From: Chiloscyllium plagiosum
Taxonomy: Eukaryota
Assembly (NCBI RefSeq): GCF_004010195.1
Contig: NC_057750.1
Coordinates: forward strand, 12,127,144-12,191,143
DNA: 64,000 nt
Reading direction: 5' to 3'
Shown here in pieces: positions 36,440-49,745 of the stretch. Below the pieces are notes generated by a model. It had not been told where the DNA came from, did no database searches, and saw only the letters and a list, made by a program, of their open reading frames with translations. Both the position numbers and the translations under genes were made by a program. The first letter of the stretch is position 1; the number at the start of each line of letters is the position of its first letter.

Positions 36440-38010
36440 CCACTTAAAGCTAGACAGAATATGTTGGGATGTTGTTCACATCAAGAAATGGCTGGAATCT
36501 CTACATACTTCAGAGGCCCATAATAACATTCCTGCAATAGTTCTGAAGACATATGTTTCAGAACTTCTGCCCTTAGCCAAGTTTTTCCAGTACAGCTACA
36601 ACATTGGCATTTATGTGATGATGTGAAAGTATTGCCCAGATTTGTCCTGCAAGCAAAAAGCAAGACAAATCTAATTTGGCCCATTATTCTACTCTTGATC
36701 ATTAATTAAATGATGGAAAGTATCATTAACTGTGCTATCAAGCAACACTCACTTGGCAATAATCTGCTCACTGAGGCTCAGTTTGTGTTCTGCCAGTGCA
36801 ATTCAGTTCCTGACCTCATTACCTTGATTCACACATGGGTAGAAGACCTGAATTCCAGACGGGAGATTGGCTACCCTTGACATCAAGGTCACAATTAACC
36901 AACTGTGTCATCATGGAGCATGAACAAGACTGGAGGAACAGGGGGAAACTCTCTGCTGGTTGGAATCATAGCTGGCACAAAAGAGAATCATAGCTGGCAC
37001 AAAAGAGAATCATAGCTGGCACAAAGGAAGATTGTTGTAGTTGGAGGTTAGTCATCTCAGCTCCAGAACAACTCTGCAGAAGTTCCTCAGGGTAGTGTCC
37101 TAGGCTCTGTCATCTTTACATGTTCATCAATCACCTTCCATCCATCAGAAATTGGGAAGTTCACCACTGATTTCATAATGTTCAGCACCACTTGCGATGA
37201 CTCAGGTACTGAAACAGTTCATGTTTCAAATGCAGCAAGATCTGGATAGTATCGAGGCTTGGGTTGACAGGTGGCAAATAGCATTCACCAGACAATGATC
37301 ACCTCCAACAAGGCAAGAAGTAACTATTGATATTTGACATTCAGTGGCATCACCATCGCTGAATTCCCCCTGTTTTGACGTCTTGGTGGTCATCATTGAC
37401 CAGAAACTGAATTGTCCTAGTCTTCTAAATAATATGGCTACAGCAACAGGTCAGAGGCTGGGATTCCTGCAGTGAACAACATATCTCCTGATTCCCCAGT
37501 ATCTGTCTACCATCTACAAGCACAACTCAGGCATGTGATGGAATAGTTCCCTGTTGCCTGTTTGAGTGAAGCTGATGTCATCCAGGAAACAGCAGCCTCT
37601 TTTGGCATCCTATCCACACAATTCACACCCTCCATCATTGACCTCAGTAACAGAAATATATATCACGTGCAAGATGCAATGCAGCAACTCACCATGGCTC
37701 CTTAGACAGTACCTTCCAAATGTTTGACCACTACCATCCAGAAGGATAAGGGAGGCAGATATATGGAACACCACCACCTGCAAATTTCCTTCCAAGGCAC
37801 CTTTTTGATTTGGAAATTATAGCATTCCTCTAATATTACTGGATTAAAATCCTGAAACTCCCTCCTGGAACACGATAGCATTGTGGGACTAACTACACTA
37901 AAGCGACTGCAAGGTTCAAGAAGGCAGCTCATTCCCATATTCTCTAGAGCTGTTAGGAATGTGCAATACATTCTGGCTCAGCTGACAAAGCCCACATCCC
38001 ATTCATAACA
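36440..38010 (+). mobile_element. Second CR1-clade LINE family, RT region and 3' end
   Basis: Degenerate LDIK, VPQGSVLG, FINHLP and IYK motifs and tail; internal 22-bp triplication at 36963-37025. Confidence 0.8.
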
Positions 38011-38369
38011 TAAGAGTTCCTTATGTAAAGGGCATTAGTGAACAAGAAGGATCTTTGCAACAATCTAGTGGTTCTATATTACTCATTCTTACTCATTCTA
38101 GCATAGTATTCCAGATTTATATAATGATCTGAATTTAAATTCCACCCACTGTTATGGGATTTGAACTCATAACTAGAGATGCATCTATGGATCATTAATC
38201 CTTGCAAAGGGAACATATGCTACCATTCTAGTGAATTTACTTTCTTTGAAGTAAACATCTATAACTGCTTATTTGTTTATGTAAACAGACAATTTTAAAG
38301 GATTAAGCAACAGGTAACTTGAAGTCTAATCTGCCTTTGATGTAGGGATGAACGTGTTTAAAAGAGCAT

Positions 38370-39960
38370 GTTTCTCAAGATAGTCTATGAGCATATCAAG
38401 GGTGGGAGAAAGAGGATAACTAAGGAAAGAAGTAGGAACCAAGGAGACAAACTGAATGTGCAGCCAGAGGTCATTGATAGAGTGTTAAATGAGTACTTTA
38501 GGTCAGTCTTCACTTTGGAGAAGAAGTATGTAGGGACAGAATTTGGGAAGAAGGACCGTGAGTTGCCTGAGCAGTTTGATATAGGGAGTGAGGACGTAAT
38601 GGAGGTTTTGGCAGACTTAAAAGTGGACTAACCCCCAGGTCCAGGTAATTTGTATCCCAGGCTGCTGTGAGAAACGAGGGAGGAAATTACAGGGGCTCGG
38701 ACCCGAATTTTTAATTCCTTTCTGGCCACAGAGGACTGGAAGAGAGTGAATGTGGTTCCACTTTTCAAGAAGGGTGTTAGAGGTAAATCAGGGGATTACA
38801 GACATGTGAGCCTCACATCAGTGGTAGGGAAATCATTGGAGAAAATCCTGAAGGAGACAATTAATCTCTACTTGGAGAGGCCAGATTTGATGAAGGATAT
38901 CAGTATGGCTTCATCAGAGGGAGGTCATGCCTAACAAATTTGATTTAATCTTTCGAGGAGGTGACCAGGTGTGGTGATAAGGATACTGCTGTTGGCGTTG
39001 TTTATATGTATTTCAGCAAGATTGATAAAGAAGCTAAAAGCATGTGGGATCCAGGGAAACTTGGCAAGATGGATCCATAATTGGTTTAGTAGTAGGAGAC
39101 AGAGGGGTGGTGGTAGAAGGCTGGAGGCTGGTGTCCAGTGGCATACCAGAGGGACCATTGCTGAGTCCCTTATTGTTCAAACGATATAGAAGAAAATAAG
39201 GAGGGGGTGGGGGGATGATATGTATGTTTGCACATGACACAAAGATTGTCCTGTGGTTGGGAGGAAGAAGATCTTAGGTTGCAGGAAAATATAGACGGAT
39301 TGGTCAGATGAGCAGATGGAATTTAACCCTGATAAATGTAAGATGATATACTATGGATAAAATAATAAGAGAAGGGAATACTCAATGATTTGCAGAACTT
39401 TAGGAGACTCAGAGGAAGAGAGGGATCTTGGGGTGCTTGTCAGCAGATCCCTAAAACAGCAGGGCAGTTTGGATAAGAAGTCATATGAAACACTTGCCTT
39501 TATCAGTCCTGGTGTAGATCATGAGGGAAGGGAGGTTATTCTGAAGCTGCACAGAAGGATGTTGCCTGCGATGGAGCAGTTTACCTGTGAAGGCAGGCTG
39601 GGATAAGCTAAGGTTGTTTTCTTCAGAGCAGGGAATGCTGTGAATGGGCCTGAGCGAGATGTAAATGATTATGAAGGGAATGGACAGGGTGGATAGAAAG
39701 CAGCTGTTCTCCTTAGTTGAAAGGTTAATAATGAGGGACCTAATTTTGAGGTGAAAGGCTGGAGATTTAGAGGGGATTTGAGGAAAATCCCACAAGATGG
39801 TGGGAATCTGGAATGCACTGCCTGGGAGGGTTGCTTCGGTGGAAAACCTCAACGTTTGAACTGTTATAACAGCCAAGACTGTGGGGCAAGCGCTAGATAG
39901 AGGGATTAGTGTAAATTTTGAGTGGTTTTTGTTTGGGTACAGACTCAATGGACTAAAAGG
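38370..39960 (+). mobile_element. CR1 ORF2 RT relic
   Basis: NVVPLFKKGVRGKSGDYRHVSLTSVVGKSLEKIL; LKACGIQGNLARWIHNW; EEERDLGVLV. Confidence 0.88.
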
Positions 39961-40307
39961 ATATAGTTGTAACCAGGATGGTGTGTGGCTTGGAGGTGAA
40001 CCTGTAGATACTGGTGTTCCCAAGCATCTGCTGCCCTTGTTCTTCTGCATGATGTTGAGGAGACGGATGGGTTGCCAGTGAAGCAGACTGCTTTGTCCTG
40101 GATGCTGTTGAGATTTGAGTATTGTAACTGCTGTACTCATCCAGGCAAGTGGAGAGACTCCATCACAGTCCTGACTTGTGTCTTGAAGATGGTGGACAGG
40201 CAATTGGGGGGGGGGGGGGGGGGGGGTGGAGAGGGTGGGGGATTACGTGATGGGTTACTTGGAATAGAATTCTGAGCCTCTAATCTGCTGTTGTTGCCAT
40301 AATATTT

Positions 40308-40797
40308 GTGTGACATTGTACAAAACCAACGTAGTGTACAAAGTCCCATACAAGGACTGCACAAAACACTACATAGGACAAACAGGAAGACAGCTAATGA
40401 TCTGCATCCATGAACACCAACTAGCCACGAAACGACACAACCAGCTATCCATAGCAGCCACACACTCAGATGACAAGCAACATGAGTTCGACTGGGGCAA
40501 CACTACTATTATAGGACAAGCCAAACAGAGAACAGCCAGGGAATTCCTAGAGGCATGGCACTTATCCACAGATTCAATCAATAAGCACATCGACCTGGAC
40601 CCAATATACCGGCCACTGCAGCGGACAGCTGGAACTGACAACCGGAAGCAGCAGATACAAATCACTATAAATGCCGGAGGAAACATCACAGAAGCGCTTC
40701 ACAGGAGGCTCCCAAGCACTGAGGATGTCACCTAGACAGGGGACGAAACGTCTGCAAACGTCTGAAATTCCCAGCTCGGCGAACAGAACCACAACGA
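40308..40797 (+). mobile_element. Penelope-like element 3' end with GIY-YIG ORF fragment and hammerhead motif
   Basis: ORF 40310-40735 NVVYKVPYKDCTKHYIGQTGRQL...HEH...FDWGNTTIIGQAKQRTAREFLEAW...SINKHIDLDPIY. Confidence 0.92.
40716..40755 (+). ncRNA. Minimal type I hammerhead ribozyme motif
   Basis: GCA-CTGAGGA-T-GTC-A-CCT-AGAC-AGG-G-GAC-GAAA-CG-TC-TGC: core, stem II, ACGT palindrome, GUC site and stem I GCA/TGC. Confidence 0.7.
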
Positions 40798-41059
40798 TAG
40801 TGGTGTATTCAGCACTGGTAATATCATAATTCGACGAGAAGGGCTGAGTTTTTGTTATCTTTTTCTCCATTTTTACATGTATACTCCTCAATGAAAGGAG
40901 AACTGAGGAATTTATGTGTCCCTTATCCTGCAGCTGCTGCATCATGTTGTGCAATATTATGGCATTATTCTGATGGAGCGGGTGGAGGTGTTTTGCAGAG
41001 CAGTTACCGAGTCTGTTGTTTGTGTATTTTTGGTAATGGACTAAAATGGGAAAATAACT

Positions 41060-41840
41060 TTTATAAACCAAGGATTGCTGTATTTTTCAAAAGCAGGTAA
41101 CCTGACACTCGGTGCAAGTGCTGTTAAAAAACTGTTGGTTCAAGCTGTTGGACCCAAGGGAGGTGGAGCTGGTAGCAAGTAGTTGGTTTGTCTGGGGACC
41201 AGTGACCTGTTACTGAGGACAAAGGCCTTCTGCTTCCCACATCTGTGATTGACTGCCAGGTAGCTGAACAGCTTCAGGCTGTGAACAAGATTGTGTAATG
41301 CTGTTATCTCTCTGCAAACTCAGGAGCTGTCCCTGTTCTCCGCAGAAGAAAACTTTTAAGTCAATTACTTTTTCCTTCAGCAGTTTCTGTAAGCTAAGAC
41401 GTTTAATTGATAGGTCAGAGACCTTTCTACTTGTGAACCTGCCAACATAAGCCTCCTGCAAACAAGTGAAGGCATGTGGAGAAAGAAGATCAAGAAGCAG
41501 TGTTCTGATCAGCAAAAGAAGTAACTCAGAAAAACTTGTGAACAGGGACGACTGGACTTCCTTTCCAGTCTTTCCCTCTATCTGTAACACTCATTTTTTT
41601 TCCTTGTCTTGCCATTGCTGTATGTGTGTGTAGAAGGGTGAGTTTATAAGGAGGTTAGGGTGTTAATTAGTAGAGTTATATGCTGACAGTTCATAATTGA
41701 CCACCTTTAGTTAGACTCTATTTATTTGTAATAAATATTAATTCTTAAGTACTAAAACCTGGGCCATGCTTTCTGTTAACCTGGGTCTGAAAGTCTGATA
41801 AATTGTGGAATTCTGCCTACTTCTAAAATCTTTGTGATGA
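41060..41840 (+). mobile_element. Possible LTR-like repeat
   Basis: Composition and layout resemble a solo LTR, with AATAAA near 41731; no partner or target duplication identified. Confidence 0.3.
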
Positions 41841-42562
41841 CTAGCCTATTGTATTCACTAATCACTATGTGATCTTCCCTACAATGGTAAGATGATGCTG
41901 TTACACATCACTGAGGAGTCCCCGAAATCAATCCCTGCAAGCCATTCAGTCCCAGGGCAAGCAGAGATGGGCAGCAATCACTAGGCCTTGCCAGTGACCC
42001 CTACGTTCCAAGGAAAAAATAAAGGAAGAATGTGAATGGACCCTTGATCCATTATAGAGCTCCTGCACATACCGGCCCAGAGCAACTGGCTTTTGATTTG
42101 TGCCAATTAGAGGCTTCCAAAAATTCCCCCAAAACCTTCGAGTAGATTGTGCTGGATAGCATGAAGTGGAAACTGGAGAACTAAGTTTCCAGTCGCGAGA
42201 TAGTGATGTGTATGATAAGGCCTGTTTGATGTAAACAAATCCATGCATGGATCTTTGCAGAGAATTATTTGTAATTTAGTGCCAAATTAGAATGTGAAAT
42301 TCTTCTAATTGATTTGTCTTGGTTGAGAAGTAAGCAGGTTACTGTTGATTCGAATAATTGGATGCTTAATGCCCACTACTCTACTCATTTATTTCTGACA
42401 CCATCAGGGCAGGTAGTATGGAGAATCCTATTTAGTCCGAATCGGAATTGTATTTAACTGTGTGCTTGCTACAAAGCTGTATCCTGTTGTTTGTTGCCTG
42501 TTCCTCCTAAGATTTCAGTTGTTTCTCCTCTTGCTGTCTACAGTCAGGTAATGGAAATTAAA

Positions 42563-43265
42563 TAGAGTTATAGAGTCGTACAGCAAAGAAAGAGGTCCAT
42601 GCTGACCAGGTTCCCAAACTGAACTAGTTCCCCTTGCCTGTGTTTGACCCATATCCCTCGAAGCCTTTCTTGTCCATGTACCTATCAATATGTCTTTCAA
42701 ATGTTGTGACTGTACCTGCACCTACCACTTCCTTGGGCAGGTTATTTCACATATGCACCACCTTTTGTCCTTTTAAAAAGAATCATACAGCTTCTCCAGC
42801 ATCATTTTCCAGTGGCCCAATGTCCAATTTTGCCTCTCTTTTGCCCTTTCTATGTCTAAAGAAACTCTTGGAATCTTTTATATTACTGGCTAGCTTACCC
42901 TCATATTTAATCATCCAGCTTGGAAACAGGCCATTCAGCCCAACTTGTCCATGCTGACTAGATTTCCAAAGCTAAACTTAAACTTTGCCCCTGTCACCTT
43001 AAACCTATGCCCTGTACTTTTGGACTCCGCCAAGCCAGAGAAAAGACTCTGACTATTTACCTAATCTATATCCCTCATGATTTTATAAACCTCAATAAGG
43101 TCACCCTTTAGCCTCGTATGCTCCAGGGAAAAATATGTCCCAACCTGTCCAGCCTCTCCTTATAACTCAAACCCTCCAGTCTCGGTAACATCCTTGTAGC
43201 TTTTCTTTGCACCTCTCCAGCTTAATAATATCCTTCCTGTAAGAGAGCAACCACAGTTGTACATA
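42563..43265 (-). mobile_element. Composite CR1 3' fragments
   Basis: Two CR1 tails plus LKGDLIEVYKIMR; contains a foreign ~120-bp piece. Confidence 0.8.
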
Positions 43266-43364
43266 ACAGTCTACCAGCACTCATTTCCTGAACTTCGTCT
43301 CCCCCTCAGCCAGTACCACAACCTATGGCCTCCTTCTCCGTGGGTTCACAGTTGTGAGAGAGAA

Positions 43365-43770
43365 GGTTGCCTGGTGGCAGTGTAACAGAATTAGTAAACC
43401 AGAGACCCAGGCTAATGCTTTCAGCATGCTCGTTCAGATCCCACTACGGCAGCTGGTCGAATTTAATTTCAATTAATAAATCTAAAATTGAAAGCCATTT
43501 CAATGCTGGAGTCAGTGAAACTTCATTGATTATACTAAAAACCGTCTGGTCCCCTTTAGGTAAGAAAATCTGGTTCATCTAGTGAATCATCAGTTCACTA
43601 ATGTGCTTTAGAGAAGGAGACTTTCATCCTTACCTGATTTGCCCTACATGTGACCCTTGACCCACAGCAATGTGGTGAACTCTTAGCTGCCGTCTGGACA
43701 ATTAAGGACTGGCAATAAAAGCTGGACTAGTCACCAATGCCCCCAATCCTGTGAATTAATTTGAAAAGAA
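43365..43770 (+). mobile_element. tRNA-derived SINE, same family as 22425-22776
   Basis: GTTCAGATCCCAC B box; CCTACATGTGACC...CCCACAGCAATGTGG tail. Confidence 0.65.
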
Positions 43771-43859
43771 TTTCTGCTATCCTTACCTGGTCTAGCCTAC
43801 ATGTGACGCTAGACCCACAATAAGTTGGTTGAATCTTAACTGGTGAGATGAGGTACAGT

Positions 43860-44020
43860 GTTGAGCATTCTTCCAGGTGATTGATAGTGCACTGACCCAG
43901 GTGGTACCTTCAGACCAGCCTGACATGATGTGGTGTTGTGAGTTCCTCTGCTGATCCTGGGTGAAGATAATATCCTGCCTGTGCATCATTCCATCCTTCA
44001 GTACTTCCAGGTCTCTGTTG
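43860..44020 (+). mobile_element. Possible Harbinger transposase relic
   Basis: AFFQVIDSALTQVVPSDQP and YPAC/HSILQYFQV weakly resemble the FPxVxGxIDCTHV and YPGSxHDxxIL motifs. Confidence 0.25.
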
Positions 44021-44274
44021 TGCACCACTATTCCTTACTGGGGCAAACAACGCCAAACATGAAAGGCAGCTCTATACTGACCATTGTTTGGGACTACAAT
44101 GGTCTTTTAAAAATAGCACTAGGGATACTGCTCAATTCTGGGATATTCCAACATCAGAGCCTTATAAAGCCTCAGAAGTACATCCCTGCTTTTATATTCT
44201 GGATCTCTCAAAATAAATGCAAATGTTGTATTTTCCTTACAAACTGTCAACTCTACCTGCATATTAACATTAAA

Positions 44275-47200
44275 GAATCATAAGACATAGGAGCAGAAGT
44301 TTGGCCATTCAGCCCATCAAGTCTGCTCTGACATTCAACCCCATTCTTCCACTTTCCCCCCTAACCCTTGATCCACTTGATACGAAAAAACCCATCTATC
44401 TTAAATGTACTCAATGACCTGGTCTCCACACCGTTCTGTGGCAAAGAATTCTATAGATTCGCCACCCTCTGGCTGAAGAAGTTTCTCTTTATTTCCATTC
44501 TGAATCCTGAACTAGCACAAAGTCCCTTTGTGCTTCAGTTTTCTGAAGCCTTTCCTTATTCAGTAAATAGCCTATGCCTCTATCCTTCCTACCAAAGTGC
44601 ATAATCACACACCTTCCCACATTGTATTCCATCTGCCACTTCTTTGCCCACCCTCCTAACCTATCCAAATCCTTATGCTCCCCACCTCCTCAATATTACA
44701 TGTCCCTCTACCTATCTTTGTATCGTTTGCAAATGTAGCCGGAATGCCCTTAGATCCTTCATCGATCATTAAAGTATAAAATGAAAAGATGTGATCCCAA
44801 CACTGAGCCTTGCAGAACTTCACTCTTCACTGGTTACCATCCTGAGAAGGACCCATTTAGCCCCACTCTCTGCTTTCTGCCAGACAGCCAAGCTTCAATC
44901 CATGCTAGTATCCTGCCTCTAACACCATGGGCCCGATCTGACTCAGCAGCCTCCTGTGCGGCACCTTGTCAGTGCTGGGATCGCAGCTTTTTACAATGTA
45001 CATTAATGATATAGATGAAGGTATTAAAAGTAATATTAGCAAATTTGCTGATGACACAAAGCTGGGTGGCAGGGTGAAATGTGAGGAGGATGTTAGGAGA
45101 ATACAGGTTGAGCTGGTTAGGCTAGGTGAGTGGACGGATGCATGGCAGATGTAATTTAATTTGGATAAATGTGTGGTTATCCACTTTGGTGGCAAGAACA
45201 GGAAGGCAGATTACTACCTGGCAGAGCAGGCAGTGAAGAAAGCTAATAGCATGCTGGCCTTCATAACAAGAGGAATTGAGAATAGAAGCAAAGAGGTCCT
45301 TCTGCAGCTGTACAGGGCCCTGGTGAGACCGCACCTGGAATATTGTGTGCAGTTTTGGTCTCCAAATTTGAGTAAAGACATTCTGGCTATTGAGGGAGTG
45401 CAGCGTAGGTTCACGAGGTCGATTCCCGGAATGGCGGGCCTATCTTACGCTGAAAGATTGGAGCGACTGGGCTTGTATACGCTTGAGTTTAGAAGGCTGA
45501 GAGGGAATCGGATTGAGACGTATAAGATTATTCAAGGATTGGACACTCTGGAGGCAGGAAGCATGTTTCCGCTGGTGGGTGAGTCCCAAACCAGAGGACA
45601 CAGTTTAAAAATAAGGGGTAGGCCACTTAGTACAGAGTTGAGGAGAAACTTCTTCACCCAGAGAGTGGTGGGTGTATGAATGCTCTGCCCCAGAAGGCTA
45701 TGGAGGCCAAGTCTCTGGATACTTTCAAGAAAGAGTTGGATAGAGTTCTTCAGGATAGTGGAATCAAGGATTATGGGGATAAGGCAGGAACAAGATACTG
45801 ATTGAGGATGATCAGCCATGATCAAAATGAATGATGGTGCTGGCTCGAAGGGCAGGATAGCCTACTCCTGCACCTATTGTCTATTGTCTTCCAGGTAGAT
45901 AACATCCATTGGCTCTCCTTGGTCTAACCTGCTCGTTACCTCCTCAAAGAATTCTAACAGATTTGTCAGGCATGACCTCCCCTTGATGCAACCATGCTGA
46001 CTTTGCCCTATTTCACCATATAATTCCAAGTATTCAGAAATCTCATCCTTCACAATGGACTGCAAAATCTTACCAATGATTGAGGTCAGGCTAATCGGCC
46101 TGAAATTTCCCATCTTTTGCCTTACTTCCTTTTTAAATGGAGGATTACATTAGCAATTTTTCGATCCTCTGGGACCCTCCCTAACTCCGGTGATTCCTTA
46201 AAGATCACCACTAACACTTCCACTATCTCTTCAGCTATCTCCTTCAGAACTATGGGGTGTAGTCCATCTGGTCCAGGTGATTTATCCACCTTCAGACATT
46301 TCAGTTTTTCTAGCACTTTTTCCTTGGTGATGGTCACCATACTTCACGTCTGCACCGTCCTCCCCTGACTCTTTTGAATTTTTGGGCTGTTACTCGTGTC
46401 TTCCACAGTGAAGACTGATACAAAGTACTTGTTCAGTTCCTCTGCCATTTCTTTGTTCCCCATTACTACTTCTCCAGCATTATTTTCCAGTGGCCCAATA
46501 TCCAATTTTGCGTCTCTTTTGCCCTTTCTATGTCTAAAGAAACTCTTGGAATCTTTTATATTACTGGCTAGCTTACCCATATATTTAATCTTCTCCCTCT
46601 TTATTTCTTTTGTCATTGTCTTCTGTTGGTCTTTGTTGGCTTTCCATCCTCTGGCTTCCCAGTGCCCTTCGCCATATTATATGCTTACTGTTTTGTTTTT
46701 ATGCTGTCCCTGACTTCCCTTGTTAGCCATGATTGTCTCATCCTCCCTTTAGAATGCTACTTTCCTCGGGATGATTTTTTTGCTGTGTCTCCCGAATTAC
46801 TCCGAGAAACTCCTGCCGTTGCTGTTCCATTGTCCTTCCTCCTCGGCTCCTCTCCCAGTCAATTCTAGTCAGCTCCTGCCTCTGTAGTTGCCTTTATTCA
46901 ACTGTAATGCTGTTACATCTGATTCCACCTTCTCCCTCTCAAATTGCAGAGGAAATGCTATCATGTTAATGGTCACTGCCCACTCAGGGTTCCTTCATAT
47001 TAAACCCTCTTATCAAGTCTGCCTCATTGCACGCCACTAAATCTAGAATTGTATGTTCTCGTAGTGGGCTCCACCACAAGCTTCTCCAAAAACCTATCTT
47101 GTAGATATTCCACAAATTCTCTTTCTTATGATCCACTATTAACCTGAATTTCCCAGTCCACCTCAATATTGAAATCTGCCATGTTCATCGTAACCTTGTC

Positions 47201-47370
47201 TTTCTTACACCAGGAGAAAGAAAAGGCATGTATCTTGTGCTCCTCATCCGGACTGCTGTCTCGGGGTCTGTACCTAACTTCCATTATGTTTTGTTTTTTA
47301 CTTTTGTGGATCCTCAGCTCTCCCCACACAGATTCTATACTCTCTGACCCTACATTGTTCTTGCTATTGA
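44275..47370 (-). mobile_element. Long CR1 ORF2 relic (endonuclease to tail), interrupted by an opposite-strand CR1
   Basis: ILDLVACNEADLI; KSPGPDGLHPIVLKE; NFRPISLTSIIGKIL; DVIYL|DKVPHRRLL split by the 44970-45887 insert. Confidence 0.9.
44970..45887 (+). mobile_element. Younger CR1 3' part nested in the host RT
   Basis: SVLGSQLFTMYIND...KFADDTKLGG; ORF 45161-45679 LYRALVRPHLEYCVQFWSP; CpG-rich; (CTATTGT)n tail. Confidence 0.93.
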
Positions 47371-47870
47371 CTGGATTATAAACATAAAGAAGTGTTGTTC
47401 AGATTATGTAAGGCATTTGGTGAGACCACACTTAGAAAATTGTGTCCAGCTTTGATCTTCTTTATTGAGGAAGGATGTGGTGGCACTGGAGGCAGTTCAT
47501 GGAACATAGAACATTACAGTGCAGTACAGGCCCTTTGGCCCTCGATGTTGTGCCAACCAGTGGAACCAATCTGAAACCCATCTAACCTACACCATTCCAT
47601 TTTCATCCATATGTTTATCCAATGACTGTGTAAATGGTCAGATTCGGAGGAGGTTCACCAGGTTGATTCCAGGGATGAAAGAACCGTCCTACGAGGAGCA
47701 GTTTTTTTTCCTGGCATTCAGGTGAATGAGAGGGGTATCTGATGGAGTGATATAAAATGCTAAAGGGGATTGACATGGTGGATGTTGAACAGATGATCCC
47801 CGTTGTGGGGCAATCTCGAACAAGGGCATAGATATAGAGTGAGATGAGGAGAAACTACTTCTCTTAGAGG
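47370..47870 (+). mobile_element. CR1 3' fragment with an inserted opposite-strand LINE tail
   Basis: LFRLCKAFG, RRFTRLIPGMK. Confidence 0.7.
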
Positions 47871-47934
47871 GTCAAGAGAAGTAGTTTCACAAAACAAATC
47901 TCCAAATGAACATGATCCAACAGGTACTGTTGAG

Positions 47935-48127
47935 ACTGTGGTACTGGAAAAGCACAGCAGGTCAGGCAGCATCCAAGGAGCAGGAGAATTGATGTTACGG
48001 GCATAAACCCTTTGTCATCCTGAAACATCAATTCTCCTGTTTCTTGGATGCTGCCTGACCTGTTGTGATTTTCCAGCACCACTCTCCCAACTCTGATCTC
48101 CAGCATCAGCAGTCCACACTTTCTCCT
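47935..48127. mobile_element. Penelope-derived fold-back element
   Basis: Inverted arms 47938-48001 and 48019-48082. Confidence 0.8.
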
Positions 48128-49284
48128 TGTTGATTACAACAGGTACTTAGTCAAAAAATAAAGTGAGATTCAACTTTAAGACCTTAATTCCAATTGCAAT
48201 CTTTTAGTCTGTTCAATTCTTTTGTTAATCCTTATTTGGATCTTCTAAGGATTAACTGTTTTGGCATCATTTGCAAACTACAATCATAAACCATCTTTGT
48301 AATCCATATTGTTTAATATGGAGAACATGGTGTCTCTAGAAATGAACCCTTAGAGATACTATTTCCAGCCACTCTGGGAAACTGACCCCCTCCACACTAA
48401 ATGTTGACTCAGTTTTCCCTCTTCTAATGGTTTTTAATCTGGTTAGCATCCTCCACACTTAATCTTCTCTGATAATCTCTGAGACTGCTCGTGCCAATGA
48501 CTCTTGCCAAAAATATCGGTTACAATATCCGGTCCAGCTGCCACCCCAACTTTGTCATTTATCTCTTCAGAAAATTTCAGCAGGTCAGTTAAGCATGATC
48601 ATTCCTTTTGAAATCAATACTGGCTGCTTGTATTTCCTCTCTGGTTATATGGTAATTCCATCCTTAATTAAAGCCTCTCAAATTGTCCCCATCATGGATA
48701 CAAAACTAACAAGCCTGTAATTACCTGATTAACTGTCTCTCTTCTTAACAATGCATCCAAATTGGGTGAACTCCAGCACACTAAATTGTGCCCTCAATTA
48801 CATTTGCAGGGGCTTCTGCACTTGTCTCCCTCATCTTCTTAAGGATCTCACGACATGTGCTAGTTATTCCTTCTATTTCCTCTACACCCATGCAAAACAC
48901 CCACTCCTGCCAAACCTTCGGTCTTCATGAGAAAATCCTCACAAGACTTCTTCAGCAGGCCACACTCACAGCTCATTGGTCACTAGCCTCATTATAAAGA
49001 ATGTAATGCAAAGGCCATTTCTTGATTCTTCAAGATGGTAAACTGAACAGAGGGAGGAGTCATTTTGGATCGCTCTCCTGTCTCTCCAAATGACTACTTC
49101 AAGCCCTCAGGACCAATTGTCTCAACTGCAAGGTAGCAGAAACAATAAGAAGTCATGCATTGATGGCTCTTGAATCTGTGCCTATTGGATGATTACAGGT
49201 CCTATGTTTTCTTACCCCCAAGTTTGTGGTTGTTGATAACCTTTGAGAGAAAATAAAAAATTTTTGCAGACGTAAATCATCTTT

Positions 49285-49745
49285 AATGACCCTGGGACAT
49301 TTCAAAATGCTCTCCAACAATGATTTACTTTTGCAATGTTCAATAGTCACTGCTGTAGCGTAAAACGCACAGAGGTCAATTCAAGCACAGAAATGTGATA
49401 ATGACCAGGATATCTGATTTTGTGACCAAAGGATAAATATAGGCCCAGACATGAAGGAGAACACATATAAATAAAACAAACAACTATGAACGCTGAGGGA
49501 TCTGAAACAAAAACAAATTACTGGAGCAACTGAGCAGGTCTAAAGGGTAACTCAGTTGTTCTTCTTTTGAAATTGTCTAGGGATACTTTACCTTTCAATA
49601 ATGGACAGACAGGTCTCAATTTAACATCACTCTAAGAGTGATGTGCTCCTCTAATCCTTCCTGAAATATCAGTCTAGATTTTGAAGTTTAGGTCCTGGAG
49701 TGGGATTGAACCCACAACCTTTGAGTGGCACCAACTAAGCTGTGA
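49285..49745 (-). mobile_element. Deu-domain SINE
   Basis: ATGTGATAATGACCAG...GGATAAATAT...GTGGGATTGAACCCACAACC matches the reverse complement of the Deu core and tRNA head. Confidence 0.6.

Noticed and set aside
39481..40203. Longest ORF (240 aa)
   Set aside because: Chance read-through across two LINE fragments in opposite orientation
40206..40226. Poly-G run
   Set aside because: Simple homopolymer inside a LINE fragment
48008..48021. 14-nt match to miR-204/211 (CCCTTTGTCATCCT)
   Set aside because: Lacks the 5' seed start and lies in the spacer of a repeat palindrome
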